This document shows positions 23,226-47,240 of a stretch of DNA of 64,000 nt, piece after piece. The notes below the pieces were generated by a model that worked only from the letters and a program-made list of their open reading frames with translations, was not told the DNA's origin and did not search any database. Every line of letters starts with the position of its first letter. Position 1 is the first letter of the stretch. The DNA is from Phaeosaccion multiseriatum (taxonomy: Eukaryota > Protista > Ochrophyta, other classes): positions 2,852,001 through 2,916,000 of the forward strand of contig OZ218960.1 in the NCBI GenBank assembly GCA_965112735.1. The letters are read 5' to 3'. The position numbers and the translations under genes are program-made.

Positions 23226-24990
23226 CTACTGCTCGTCTTTGTAGTCAAGATCCTGCTCAGCCACCCTCTCCGCTTCAGCCGATGACAGCACGACAGTGGC
23301 CCCCGCGCCGAGGGGGTCGGAGGGATGACGAAGCCTGGGGGGAAAATGTACATCTCTCGCCCTCTGTCCCCCGCACAGATGAGGCCTTGTGTACACCCCG
23401 TCGGGTCCATGGAGAGGAGGAGAAGGGGAGACCCACGGCGCTACAGCCGCCATCGGAGCCCGTGCCCGCGCCGGACTCCCTCCGAGCCCGACACCAGGCT
23501 CTGCAGCGGACGAGGGCGAGAGAGAGGCGAAGAAGAAGGAGGACCAAGGGTCTGATACCTCTGACCATCGCTTATCTTCATCATCTTGAACGGCATGCAG
23601 CGTGGGAAGCTCCACCTCCTGAAGCTGCCTCGCCACTTGGCAGGCCAAAGCCGCCCTCTGTAGGGACGCCTCCGCTTCTCTGAGCAAGTCCGCATCATCC
23701 AGCGAGGACGGCGCGCTGCTGATCGAGGAGGAGCAGGAGGAGGAGCTGCAGGCCCATCGCGCAGCCTCCCCGAGCCGTGCAAATGGCGCGGAGAACGAAC
23801 TCGCCCACTGTGACCGCGGTGTTGGTGGTGGCAGCCGTGCCGACGTTGACGCCACTGGGGAGGGTGAAGAAGAGGGAGGAGGGGGGATCTGGGGTCGAGG
23901 AGAGGCTCTGATTGTGAGCCTCAGAATAGGATTTGACTCCATGGAGGCGCTGGAGTCAGAGCGGGACCGATGTATCGCGACCCTGTTCTCGTGGTGGTGG
24001 TGCATCGGGCCGCCGCACCAGAGCGATGGGGGCGATGGGCTTGTTGGTGCTCCGGCTCCTCGCTCCGCCATCTTGGCCGCGTTTCTTCGAGCACTCGCCG
24101 CCGCTTCTTCGCCTCCGTGAACGGCCGTCATTGCGGCCCTGCTCGTGGGCGAAGAGCAGTAGACAGTAGGTGAACCATACCCCAAGGTCGGGGCCTGATG
24201 CACGGGTGGCGCCCCATCAAATCGCACGGGCTCTGGTGCATCACCGAAGACGGGTGACGCTGTTGTCAGGCCTGGTGTTGGTGCTAGTGTTGGTGCTGGA
24301 AGTACCACCACCACTGCCGCTGTTGCTTCCCTTGCTGCTGCTGGTGCTGCTGGTGCTGCCCTTGCTGCTGCTACTTGTACTGCTGTTTTTGCTGCTGTTG
24401 TCGCTGCGTATGCGGGTGCGGCTCCTGCTTGAGGTGGGGGTGCTCGAGACGCCGGTCTTGGAGCCTGAAATTGGTGTCGTAGCCTGCCAGTGAGCCTGTC
24501 AAAGACAGGCGGGGGGGGAGAGCCGCCCCGTGGATCACCTTCCCCGGCGGTGGGAGGATCAGGGAAGTCAGACGGCCCTCGAGACCCAAAAGACGGGCTG
24601 GGCGCCACCGGACTTAGACTTGTGGGCGTGGTGCCTGTTGTTCCACTCCACCTCTGCCTCCGCTCTGTTAGTACTGTCAGCGAGCGAGCGAGAGAGGGGA
24701 TTCGCAGTCAGCGGTGGTCGACGGTCAAGCGGGAGAGCGAGAAAGAATTCTACGATAGGGTAGGTTTGACGTCGGCAGTATCTGAGGAGAAAAGAAAGGG
24801 GAAGAAGTGGGCTGAGGCAGCCCGGTCCCGTCAAGCAGTCACCACCCTTCGTCTTGTCTCTCATTAGCGGCCAGTGACTAGCTAGACGGCGCTTGAATGG
24901 CTCCCCTTCTCTCCTCGGCCGACTCGACTCAGGTGTAAGCAAGCAGACGCACGTACCTGGAAGCATTCCTTCGATTTCGCGATGGTCCAT
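23226..24990 (-). CDS. Hypothetical low-complexity Pro/Ser/Ala-rich protein
   Basis: A 460-codon open frame (23226-24608) stays open further upstream. A plausible first exon MDHREIEGMLP ends at a gtacgt donor (~24957) and joins in frame at ctaacag (~24665). No recognisable domain. Confidence 0.45.
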
Positions 24991-26507
24991 CTGGCCACGC
25001 CGACTCAGGCTATTGCTACCGCTCTTGTCCTTGTTGGCGAATATGTCCTTCCTGGCACTAGCAGAGGTAGCCACGCAGGATCAATGGCTCTATAACAGCA
25101 GGAGGTGGCGTGATAATTCGATCTTAACGCAGGGGGGGTGGGAGAGAACAAAACAGAAGATGGTCTTCCCCTCTGTCCGAGGCTATCCGCGCGCTCCTCG
25201 CATAGGAGAAGAGGAAGCGCGAGAGGAACATACGCCAGGTATGTAGGCAGAGAGAGCGCATGGAAGAGGAAGCTCATTCCAACCCATCTAACGCTTGACT
25301 CCAGCCCACTGCCTGACACTCAAAAAAAAAAAAAAAAAATTGTTTTCAGACCAGCGACGTCTGAAGAGGCTCGTTGCCCTCCCTCCCTCCCTCCCTCCCT
25401 CCCTCCCTCCCCTCCCCCGGCTTCTCGCTCGTGCTGCATGAGGACGTGTCGACACTTGTTGCTGCTCATCTGGACTCTAACCTCCTCTACCATAAAAGTG
25501 CTCGCTGTGGCTGAGAGGCGGGAGAGAGAAGATACTGTATGGAGCTGGACTTCACTTGCACAGCACTTGCTCGAGGGCACGGCGCCTAGCTCTCTCTGCT
25601 CGTAAGTAGTTCTCAGGCCGTGTCAATCTATGTACATTCGTTTGTAAGAAGGCATCCTTCGACAGTTACACTCTGTGCAGGTATGTGCTATTTGCATTAA
25701 AGCTTACGGACTCGATATTCGCGGTAAGCTTGCGAAGCAAGGAGGTATCCACGTTCTAGTCCCTCTGGTGCCTGTCCACGGCCTGGCACCCTGCTGTTCA
25801 CTGCTGTTGATGCTTTTGCCTCCAAGGGAGGTGTGACATCGCTGTCTGACCCCCATCCCCCACCCATGGTGCATGCGCTCTCTGCCGCTTTTCCCTCCTC
25901 CATAGGTCCTTCCCCCGTTTTCACGTCGGTGAAGACGCACTGTAGCCTCCCTCTGGTGCCTGTCCACGGCCCTTTTACGCCCTCTTCCTTCTTTTTTTGG
26001 CTGATTCCGCATCTGGGCCATATACCGCCGTCGGACAATCCCGCGAAATCTTCCCCCCTGAGCTTCAGCTCCCTAGCGAGCAGGCCCAGAGCCCTCCCTC
26101 GCTTTTTAGCGAGCAGGCCCCAGAGCTCCCTCTCATTCTTGAGCGAGCAAGCCCCAGAGCTCCCTCGCTGACAGAAGTCACGAGCCACACAGCCAGCCAA
26201 CTCAGAGCACCGACGCAACCATCATGGCAGGATGGAACCCCAACGTGCCACGGTTCGCTTCTGTGCCCCAAGGGGGAGGGTGAGTGCATGCATTGCTTAC
26301 AACAGACGACTGAACCTTCCGGCCTCCCCTCTTTACCCTGTGTTCCTTTCGGATATTCTGCTGCTGTATTCCACCATCCATCCTATCTCTGCTCTCATTT
26401 CCTCTCCCCGATGGATCCGCTCTTCCGATCCTCTTCCACAACTGCACAGGCTTGAAGGGACAACGGACAAGAATAAAGAATGGATTGGAAGCAAGCTGGC
26501 TGGCCGT

Positions 26508-26999
26508 ATGGATGGTGAATGGATTAAGTCGCATGAGGCCGCAATGATTGTGGAGGAAGGAGACGTCGTGGCCCGCAGAATAAATGGAGGCAAATCGCTA
26601 CACACCGGCGTTTACGTGGGCGACGGGGAGGTAAGCATCTTTAGAAGCCTGACAGGACACAAAGTTTGATTTCTAAGCTGCAACACTCCTCAGATTTGCC
26701 ACCGTAATACGCACGACCACGGGAGAACCGAACAGCTGGACGATTTCACGAACGGCCACGACCAAATTATGATCGCCCGCAAGGCGAAAGGACACCGGGA
26801 CGGCTGGCACAGCGCCGACGCAGCGAGGCGCAGCGTTAGCGAGGGGGAGCGAGGAGGCAGGCAGGGGGTCCAGGCCGACTACCACAGGTTCAATAACAAC
26901 TGCCAGCACTTCACTAGCAAGGCTACGACCGGCAATGCGGAGAGTCCGCAAGTTACGGAGGCTCTCGGGGGCCTGGCGAAGTGGTTTGGGTACAAGTAG
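26508..26999 (+). CDS. LRAT/HRASLS-like (permuted NlpC/P60, NC-motif) protein
   Basis: Exons 26508-26630 and 26694-26999 give GDVV..HTGVYVGDGE|ICH (H-box) and YHRFNNNCQHF..GNAESPQV. The start codon is uncertain. Confidence 0.85.
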
Positions 27000-28200
27000 G
27001 TAGAGAAGGCAGGCTGAAGAAGCGCGGCCTGGGCTTCAGTCCGGAAGGAGAGAGGGGAGGATGGAGTGGAATGGAGCAACGGAGGGGGGGGGGGGAGAGG
27101 GAGAGAGGGTCCAACGAAGCAACACCACGACAGTACGCGACTTGATGCTGTCGGCGTAGCCAGGGCCGCGCTGATCGGAAAGCTGCGAATGAGAAGGCAC
27201 GCTTCATAATGCGTACACACGCTTCCACTCAGTGCAGTGGTCCGGCGCGAGGGGGCATGGGTTCGGAGGAGGCAGGGGTATTCGACGGCGACCGTGCTCA
27301 GGAGGGGAGAGAGGACAGCCAGGGAACTTCCCAGGCTGTCCACGGGGGTTTACGCAAGAGGAGTGGGGGACAGAGGTCGGGGAGGGAGGAGAAAAGGGAA
27401 AAGGGTGTTGAGACAAATCGACACTGGATATCGATCTCTATATCGCTGGTACATATCTGTTCACTCCTTTTGTACTCTATGTAGGCTAGCTAATAAGACG
27501 CTTTCCCACAACCCGTGCAAGTGCAGCACTGATCCCTGAGAGGGACATGTCCCAACACGACAATTGTCGGTGGAAATCTAATGATCACTAGTGCGGCAGT
27601 GTCGTAAAGAAGGGGAGAATGAAACGGTAGACGAGTTTCTTTTTTGGCGCAAAGACTTCGGATACTAGTCTGTCAGGCTGCATGGGGATGGCAGCGGACC
27701 GAAGGTTCTCGAGGGAGGAGGCAGTCCTTGAGATCGAGCGATTGTGGCTTGAGGAGCAAAGGGCGAAGCAATTGGAGGCGGAAGAAAGGCGGGAGGGGCT
27801 ACGGTATGTAACGGCACCTCCTCGCCACAGCGTTCCTCATGACCTGCGTGAGCGGTCTAAAGCTACTGTCGGCAACTCTATTTGCATGAGTCGCGAGTTC
27901 CCCCTCCGGGGCCCGCGACTGTAGACCCCAGGCGAGCAGCAGCGGCGTATGATACCCCTGTTCGCGGTGGGAACGGTGGCAGGGCATTAACGCCTGCAAT
28001 GTCTGGAATGGGGGCTACTGCACTTGGAAATTAGTCCCATGGTGCCTCAGAGGCCTCTAAAGGGCTTCGTAGTTCCCCCAGGGGGAATTTTGCGTATGCA
28101 CGGGGTGTGCACGCGCTGCCCCCCCCCCCCTCAAACTTCCACCCGTCTCCTTACTGTGTGTAGCTGAGCTAGAAAGGTTCTTCCCCCCAAATCTCCGAGC

Positions 28201-29559
28201 ATGGAGAGCGCGGCCCTAATGCCAGAGGTGAGCCGCTGGGGCATGACCGTCCTACCGTCAGAATCTTTTAGCTCGGAAAGCCGCACCTAATCACTGCCTG
28301 GCCCAACACGTTTTCCCCCATGAGCAGCTACGCTCTGGACCTGAGCTGTATGCCCTCGCGGCGGTATGTGTATGCCATACCGACCGTGCAGCGCCTTGCC
28401 TAGCCTCTCTCTTTGACTAGTTCTTCGCTCTGGCTGCCGTTGGTACTACTCGCGCAGCGCCTTGCCCAGCTAGCCCCTCTCTTTGACTATAATTCTTCGC
28501 TCTGCCGTTGCTACTACTCGCCCAGGCTCATCGCCTCATACACGCCATCCAGTATGAGCCAGATCTCCGCAAGGTCGGCGCCGCCGTGAGTGTACTCGTC
28601 GTCCAGCGAGGGGGGAGTACGATCTGCCTGAATCAACCCCTCGACTACCACTAATGCACTACGCGGTGTATTCCGAAAGAGCTGATGTGAGTAACCTACT
28701 GCTTCTTCTTGGGGTGTCTCCGAACGCTCCGGCAGGAAGAGACCTCACAAGTCCCCTGCACATTGCGGCCTCGAATGACAATCAAGGTATCGTTGTACAG
28801 CTCATCTGGGCAGGCGCTCCTGTGGACCAGCCAGACAGGGCTGGGGGGACGCCGCTGCACTGTGCTGCAATACGTGGATGTGGAAGGGTTGTTAGCGCTC
28901 TGCTTTCTGCTGGGGCCAACCCGAACAGGCCAGACTTTGACGGGGTCACAGCGCTGCATAAGGCGTCGTGGGAAGGGCACTTCGGCATACTACAGCAGCT
29001 GCTCGCTGCAGGTGCGGCGGTCAACGTACAAACGTATGGGCAGGGAAGAACGGCGCTTCACAAAGCTTGTGAGAGGGGACACCTGGCAATAGTCGCACAC
29101 CTCGTCGCTGCTCGTGCTGATATCGATCGCCGCGACAGAGACGGGTTGACTGCGTTGCACGTGGCAGCCTTTCATGGGCATACCTCCATAACGCGAAGCC
29201 TGCTTGTGGCTGGCGCTGATGTCAATGCGCAGGAGATCACGCGGCACGTGTCGCCCCTCATGATGGCTTCTCAACAAGGGCATACGCGACTGGCGGGAGA
29301 GCTCGTACTGGCAGGCGCCGAGGTGGACATGCTGCGCTCAGATGGGATGACTTCCCTCCATGCCGCGGCTGTGAACGGCCATGTAGGGGTGATCCGTCTA
29401 CTCCTCTCTGCTGGGGCGAAGATCGAAAGAACATTCGGTAGCAACCCGCCAAGAACACCGCTGCTTGAGGCTGCTGAACGAGGGCACGACGGGGCTGTGC
29501 AGGAGCTGCTTTGGGCAGGGGCATCAGCTGGGCAGGGGCATCGGCTGCTGAGGCCGTAG
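28201..29559 (+). CDS. Ankyrin-repeat protein (~9 repeats); apparent frameshifts near both ends
   Basis: ORF 28654-29559 has repeated (T/S)PLHxAAxxG..LLxAGA units. A putative first exon 28201-28227 and an acceptor at ~28526 join the ORF only if one G is added in the G6 run at 28610-28615. Confidence 0.88.
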
Positions 29560-29609
29560 CTCTGGCTCGAGGGCACGGCTTGCTGGGCGTTGCACAGCGT
29601 CCACGGAGA

Positions 29610-29780
29610 TGAAATCGTCCCCAAGCTCTGTCAAGTAGAGGGCTGTGGCAAGCAGGCGAGGAAAGGAGGCTTGCGCACCTCCCACGCGGCACAGAGGAAG
29701 CTCTGCGGCGTTGGAGAGTGTGATAAGCAGGCGAAGGAGTGGAGGGATGAAGGAAGGGGATGTGCAAGAGGCATGGGCGC
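29610..29780 (+). pseudogene. Degenerate Cys/His repeats (CxxxGCxKxAxxGGxCxxH type) downstream of the ankyrin ORF
   Basis: KLCQVEGCGKQARKGGLRTSH and KLCGVGECDKQAK; the third Cys is lost or the frame is broken. Confidence 0.45.
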
Positions 29781-31049
29781 ATCAGCAGGGAGGAGGCCGG
29801 GGAGAGAGGCAGCGCTCAACAAGTCCCCACCCACGATGGCCGCGGGGAGGAGGAGGAGGAGGAGGAGGAGGAGGAGGAGGAGGAGGAGGAGGAGGAGGAG
29901 GAGGAGGAGGAGGAGGAGGAGGAGGAGGAGGAGGAGGAGGAGGAGGCGTCCATGGGAGGAAAAGCGTAAGAAGTGAGGAGCGAGAGAAGGAAGCCGCGCA
30001 CCGCCTCTCACCCGGCCACCGCTGCTCGTGGGAGGAGTCCGACAGCCGTACCGCGAAAAAGAAGAGGGCGTTCCGTGTGGCTGGGGGATGAGGTGCAGCT
30101 GCCGAAGCGGTTCCGCAGGTAGTTGCCATTGAGTGAATAGTGAGGCGCTGCTGGGCTCAGAGAGGCTGGAGCGACGTTACGTTTCAACGAGGGCGTGGGT
30201 GGCGGTGTAAAATATGGGCGTGGCCGAGGGAGTGGAGGGGAGGGGATGGAGAGAAAGAGGGCCGCACGGATTGAGAAGGCGGCTGGAGTAGCAGCAGGAG
30301 GTAGGTATCACACATGCAGTAGGCGAAGAATGGAACAGGGTATGCGGAGAAAGCGTAAGAGAATACAAATCGGATTCATGGAGATTGCAGGCTCGCTCGC
30401 CATCAGCAGCAGACCCGCTGGCCGAGGCCATCACCCATCGCTCCACCGCGCCCGCTTCTCCGTGCCTGCAGTGAGATAGGCTGCTTCTCCTCCACTCTTC
30501 TCTTGGAGCAGTCCTTTGATATCTTGCATGCCCCTCATCCGTACACTTTCAACACCGAACCCATGTCTCCTTGGCGACCCTCAGCCCAGTCTCCTGGCCC
30601 CTCGCTTGCTCTTCGAAGTCTGGGCCAGCAGCTACCACGCTACGGCACTACTGGTCAAGTGCCTGACCTCTCTTCTTTGCATCTCACTCTCCGCCCCTGC
30701 AGCGAGTGAGGGCGGATGCCTCTGGAAAGAGCTGAGGCCTTCATTTGTTCCCAGGGGGTCGGGGCCAGAATTTGGCCAAAAAGACAAACTGTCGCTGCTC
30801 TTCCGCTCAAGCCTCGATAGCAGCTCCAGACGGCTCAGGCATCAAAAGGCCGCCCTCCCACTCACATCTCCCACTGACCCTGGCCTGGCCAACCTCCTTT
30901 ACGGCAAATCAGTCCGCTCTCGCGGCGGTGTGAGCCAGCGAGAACTCGCAGAGCGGGTCCTTCTTTGCCCATCCTCATCACCTGCAAGACTATACTCGCT
31001 TCGTCGCTGGCTCTGGATTGCAGAGCAGCAGTGGGAGAAGCAGGGGACA

Positions 31050-34000
31050 ATGCAGGCCGGCGGTTCGGAGGATGCGATCAGCTGCGCCCATCCTGCCCAA
31101 GAAGGAGAGACAAGTACCATCGCTGAGCCGCGCCCAGCCCAGGACTGCGGCGCACAAGAAGAAACATCAAGTGAAGCGGCTCGGCAGCAGTTCGAGGAAG
31201 AAATCGCGAGGCAGCTTCATAACCAGGAGAAGAGAAAGCGACGTGAGTGGGCACAAGAGCAGGCGGGTAAGTGAAGAGAGAGAGAGAGAGAGAGAGGGAA
31301 GTACCCCACTCTTACCTTGCCTTAATTCACCCCTCCCCCACTGCCTGGGCTGCTGATGTTGCTGTCCCCGCCCTTATACTAGCACACACGAGGACGTTGA
31401 AATCTTCCTCCTTTTCTTCTTTCAATTCTAAATGACGATGGCCGTAACACAACACCAAACAACTGTCACGCAGGCGAAGCCATCAGTGAGCAGCTGTTCC
31501 TGGACCAAGCAGAGAGGGAAGACTTCGAGGAGCCTGTGCTCGACGTCTCCATCCCCAACGTCACCACCCTTCACTGCTGCGCTATTCAGGGGGACGTCAC
31601 CGTCGCCAGTCAGCTGCTTGAGAGAGGCGTCGACGTCGAAGATACCAGTGGCCCCTTTGGACAGTAAGTTGGGTGCAGGCTGTACAGAGCTGCGTTGCTT
31701 GATCGACTTGATGTGGAGGGGTTGGCAAAGAAACTGCGAGAAGATCACAGAGTCACCACTTTGATTCGGCGAGGCACGTGCTTCCCGAGACACTCTGACC
31801 GCCTCCCGCCCTCGGCCGCCTGCCATGCCTAAGCAGCCATCCTGCTTTCCTCTGCCTCCTATCCCGAAAGAGGAGTGCTGTCTCGTATCTACGCTCGCTC
31901 GGCCTCGGCTACTGGGTGCTGGAAGAAGCATACCCACATTATCCGCCAAATACTATGCATCACATCTTTGGACGTGCGACTATCCCTCTGTTGGCATTTG
32001 TTTCACCACGCTCACACCCCGTTTGCTTCCCTTTGCTTCACTTTGCTTGGCTTGATCGCTTCCTCTTCCCGACCCCTCCCCCTCTACCTCGCTGCGGCAC
32101 CTTCCGATCGCCTCCCTCTCCGTCCTCGACCGACAGGACTGCACTCATGATCGCCTCTGCAGTGGGCCATGCGAACTTTGTCACCTTCTTGCTTACGACA
32201 GGCCACGCGAACGTCAACGCGCGCTGCCCGAAGGAGCTGACGCCCAACGCCACGGCCTTACATTGGGCATGCGAGCGGGCCGGCAAGTCGTCGTACCACA
32301 TTGCGCAGCTGCTCCTCGATGCCGGGGCGCACATCCACTTCCCGGAGGGGCGCTCGCCACTTCACACGAGCTGCATGGCCGGGGACGCTCGCACTGTGAA
32401 GCTGCTGCTGAGCAAAGGCGCCAGCATCAACGCCATAGATCACTGCTCGGGTCGTGGCCTCTACACACCCCTCCACTCCGCACTGCGAGATTGCGAGGAT
32501 CGGGCCAAGGGTGACGAAGTGGTGCGTGTGCTTCTGAGCGCGCGGACCAACCCCGGAGAGGAGGAGGCAGACGTGACGCGGAAGGACGGGAAGGAGCACT
32601 TGTCCGCCTTCGCCTTTGCGATGATGACGCTGCGGCTTCGCGTGCTCAAGCTTATGTTCAAGTGGCGCAGCAAGGAGGAGCTGCTGAAGGACTATGGCTT
32701 CGGGGGCATCGGCACGGTGCGTGGGTGGGTGCGCTGGCGGGTGGAGGGGGGGTTGTCTGAGTGGCATCTTATACTACGAAGTACTTGAAACACCGGGTAT
32801 GGCATGCCAGGTCGCAACCCTGGCGGTCAAGCTGATCGGCAGATGTGCGTGCGTGTGTGGGTGTGTGTGTGTGTGTGTGTGTGTGCGTGTGTGTGTGCGT
32901 GTGCGTGTGCCTCTTTGTCGGAGCAAGCTTCGCATCCCCCGGCCTTGCTTGCTCCAGCCAGCCACTTGGGGAGAAGTGCGCTCTGACCCCTCGGGGCGGG
33001 CCTTCCTTCCTCCTTCAGCCCTTGGCAAAGCGCGGCCCTGCTCAGTCACGCTCACTCCCACGCCCACAGGCCCTTCACTGGGCGTGCATGGACGACCAGA
33101 GATACAAACTGATCCGGGTGCTGATCGACGAGGGCGCGGACATCACACAGATGACCCAACGTGCCCAGGGCGCAACCCCACTGCAACTCGCCGTGCGGCG
33201 CGGGGCCGTGCGCTGCGTGGGCGTATTGCTGAGGGCTGGGGCGGACGTGCTCAGTAAGGACGCTGACGGTTACAACAGCATCGAACTAGCCGCCCGGTAC
33301 GGCCGCGCAGACGTTGAAGAGCTGCTGAGAGGTGCGTGCGTGCGTGTGCGTGCGTGTGCGTGCGTGTGCGTGCATGAAGGGTCTCACAGAAGCCGCGACT
33401 TGACTTGGTGACTGAGTGACTGGCTGACTGTTCAGGTTCCGGTGGCGGGGGGGATAAGGTCCCTCCAGGGCGCCGCACTCACCTGGCCAGCCGCGAAAAA
33501 CCTAACCCACCCAGACTAGCTCCTGCTGCCGTCCTGCCATTTTCACTGACTGACTGCCAGCCCTCCTCTCCCCTCTCGCCGACCTCGCCATCTGCCTCTT
33601 TCGCGCTGCTGCGCATCACATTGAACATTCGTTGCCCCTCCCTCCATCGACTGTCATCCTCCCTGTTGTCTACCCCTCAGCGTCGATAGAGGTGGCGGAG
33701 AGGAAGCCCCCCGTCGAGAGCGGGCAGGAGGGTGTGGGCGTGGGGGCGGCTGATAGCCATAGCCATGGGCTGTCCATCCCCCGCGGGCCCCCAAGCGCTT
33801 CGCCCCCCGCTGCGAAGATCGAGACGACTCCGCGGCTCCGAGACTGTGCCGACCATCTCCCTGCCGGTGCCGACCCTCTCGACACGGAAGGGGTACAGGA
33901 GCCTGGGGAGGGGGGCAAGGAGGAGGAGGAGGAGGGGGAGGAGGAGGACGAGAAGGAGGAGGAGGAGGAGGAGGAGGAGGAGGAGGAGGAGGAGGAGGAG

Positions 34001-35389
34001 GAGGAGGAGGAGGAGGAGGAGGAGGAGGAGGAGGAGGAGGAGGAGGAGGAGGAGGAGGAGGTGGTGGTGGTGGAGGAGGAGGAGGAGGAGGAGGAGGAGG
34101 AGGAGGAGGAGGAGGAGGAGGAGGAGGAGGAGGAGGAGGAGGAGGAGGAGGAGGAGGAGGAGGAGGAGGAGGAGGAGGAGGAGGAGGAGGAGGAGGAGGA
34201 GGAGGAGGAGGAGGAGGAGGAGGAGGAGGAGGAGGAGGAGGAGGAGGAGGAGGAGGAGGAGGAGGAGGAGGAGGAGGAGGAGGAGGAGGAGGAGGAGGAG
34301 GAGGAGGAGGAGGAGGAGGAGGAGGAGGAGGAGGAGGAGGAGGAGGAGGAGGAGGAGGAGGAGGAGGAGGAGGAGGAGGAGGAGGAGGAGGAGGAGGAGG
34401 AGGAGGAGGAGGAGGAGGAGGAGGAGGAGGAGGAGGAGGAGGAGGAGGAGGAGGAGGAGGAGGAGGAGGAGGAGGAGGAGGAGGAGGAGGAGGAGGAGGA
34501 GGAGGAGGAGGAGGAGGAGGAGGAGGAGGAGGAGGAGGAGGAGGAGGAGGAGGAGGAGGAGGAGGAGGAGGAGGAGGAGGAGGAGGAGGAGGAGGAGGAG
34601 GAGGAGGAGGAGGAGGAGGAGGAGGAGGAGGAGGAGGAGGAGGAGGAGGAGGAGGAGGAGGAGGAGGAGGAGGAGGAGGAGGAGGAGGAGGAGGAGGAGG
34701 AGGAGGAGGAGGAGGAGGAGGAGGAGGAGGAGGAGGAGGAGGAGGAGGAGGAGGAGGAGGAGGAGGAGGAGGAGGAGGAGGAGGAGGAGGAGGAGGAGGA
34801 GGAGGAGGAGGAGGAGGAGGAGGAGGAGGAGGAGGAGGAGGAGGAGGAGGAGGAGGAGGAGGAGGAGGAGGAGGAGGAGGAGGAGGAGGAGGAGGAGGAG
34901 GAGGAGGAGGAGGAGGAGGACGAGGAGGAGGAGGAGGAGGAGGAGGAGGAGGACGAGGAGGAGGAGGACGAGGAGGAGGAGGACGAGGAGGACGAGGAGG
35001 ACGAGGAGGACGACCTCGAGGACGTGCTGCTGGGGCTGGCTATTGCGTGCTCTCTCCAAGAGCCGGAGGGGGGGGCACCCAGCACAACAGTTGGTGATAC
35101 AGAAGTGCGCAGGGTCTTGAACTGTTATTCTGTATCAGGCCCACCCCCGGGAACGCCCCGTCCATCCCGAGGGCGACAAGCGAAGAGCAGCGGTAGTGCA
35201 GGCGCAGAAACAGTAGCAGCCTCTTCCCGAAGTGGCTTGAGAAGCCTCTCCCCCTTGCCGCGCCGGCCCGAGGCCCCCCCGGCTCTGAACCGGGCACGCA
35301 CAGACCACGTCGACGCGGAGTCCGCCTCGGTCAATGAATGGCTCTCTACAGAGCAGGACTGGGACGACTGGGACGAGGTCGAGGCGTAG
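31050..35389 (+). CDS. Ankyrin-repeat protein with a very long poly-Glu tract and a C-terminal UIM-like motif
   Basis: Approximate exons 31050-31266, 31474-31663, 32137-32716, 33070-33331 and 33681-35389 join in frame. They give ANK motifs TLHCCAIQGD, TALMIASAVGH, TALHWAC, SPLHTSCMAGD and TPLQLAVRRG, followed by (GAG)n and DVLLGLAIACSLQE. Confidence 0.82.
33920..35009 (+). repeat. (GAG)n trinucleotide tract, ~1.1 kb, with ~845 bp uninterrupted
   Basis: Directly visible; perfect from ~34073 to ~34917. Confidence 0.97.
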
Positions 35390-36235
35390 AGGGGACCAAG
35401 GGTGTGGAGTGGAGATGCAGGTATATGGGTGAGAGGCTACCGCATGACCCCTTCTGAACGGGACGGTGGCGCTTCCCTTCGCTGCTCAGGGTGGACGTGT
35501 TTGGGGGGCATCACCCCTCTTTGGTATTTGTCCGTCCTCTTTCCACAGAGGGCCTTCACTCCGGCATTTGCCTGCCAGAGGGCATAGATACACAAAAGCT
35601 CTGACGGGGACGCAGCGAAGAGGTATCAAGTGGACCGTGGAAGTATATGGAACAGGAACGTCGACATTGGGGAGCTCAACCCCGACATTCAGTGTGGGCC
35701 TCGATATTCAGTACTGTGAGGGGTGGGCCGCAGGGGATGCGGGGCGTTGGAGCGGTATAGAGGGGCTTGACGGCAGCGTCTGGGGGATGAGCAATGAGTC
35801 GCCACCTTTAGGCCCCCAGCTCTCTGTGAGCTGTGGAAGGGCGGGCAGCAAGGGGAGACCACCCCAGGAGGGCTTTGATTCTTGTTGCAAAAGGGGGAGC
35901 CTCCCACCACCCCATCCACAAGTGGCTTCAAAAAAGCACAAATAAATTAAACGTTCCAACCTTCCTTTTCGGGGAGGGGAGAGAACCGCACGCGCACGCA
36001 AAGGGACATCCTTACATGGACTACACTTTGATGAATACTTACATAATCTTACATGTACAGAACAAACAATCCGTCTACAATGATACACCACCTATTTACA
36101 CAATGATGACCGCTGAATAGCTCCGCACTTGCCCACCCTCGCCAACGAGACCATTCCCCGACCATTCTCCGACCATTCCCCGACCATTCCCCGACCCCTC
36201 CCCGACCGCACATAGCGGAAATACGCCCACCTCCA

Positions 36236-47240
<11,005 letters not shown>

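Noticed and set aside
25438-25605. Possible signal-peptide first exon (MRTCRHLLLLIW...)
   Set aside because: I could not connect it in frame to the LRAT exons or to any other exon.
27682-27924. Short charged ORF (MGMAADRRFSREE...)
   Set aside because: No domain and no downstream exon could be linked; too weak to call.
33670-35120. Poly-Ser, poly-Leu and poly-Arg ORFs
   Set aside because: Alternative frames of the GAG tract; only the poly-Glu frame joins the upstream ankyrin exons.
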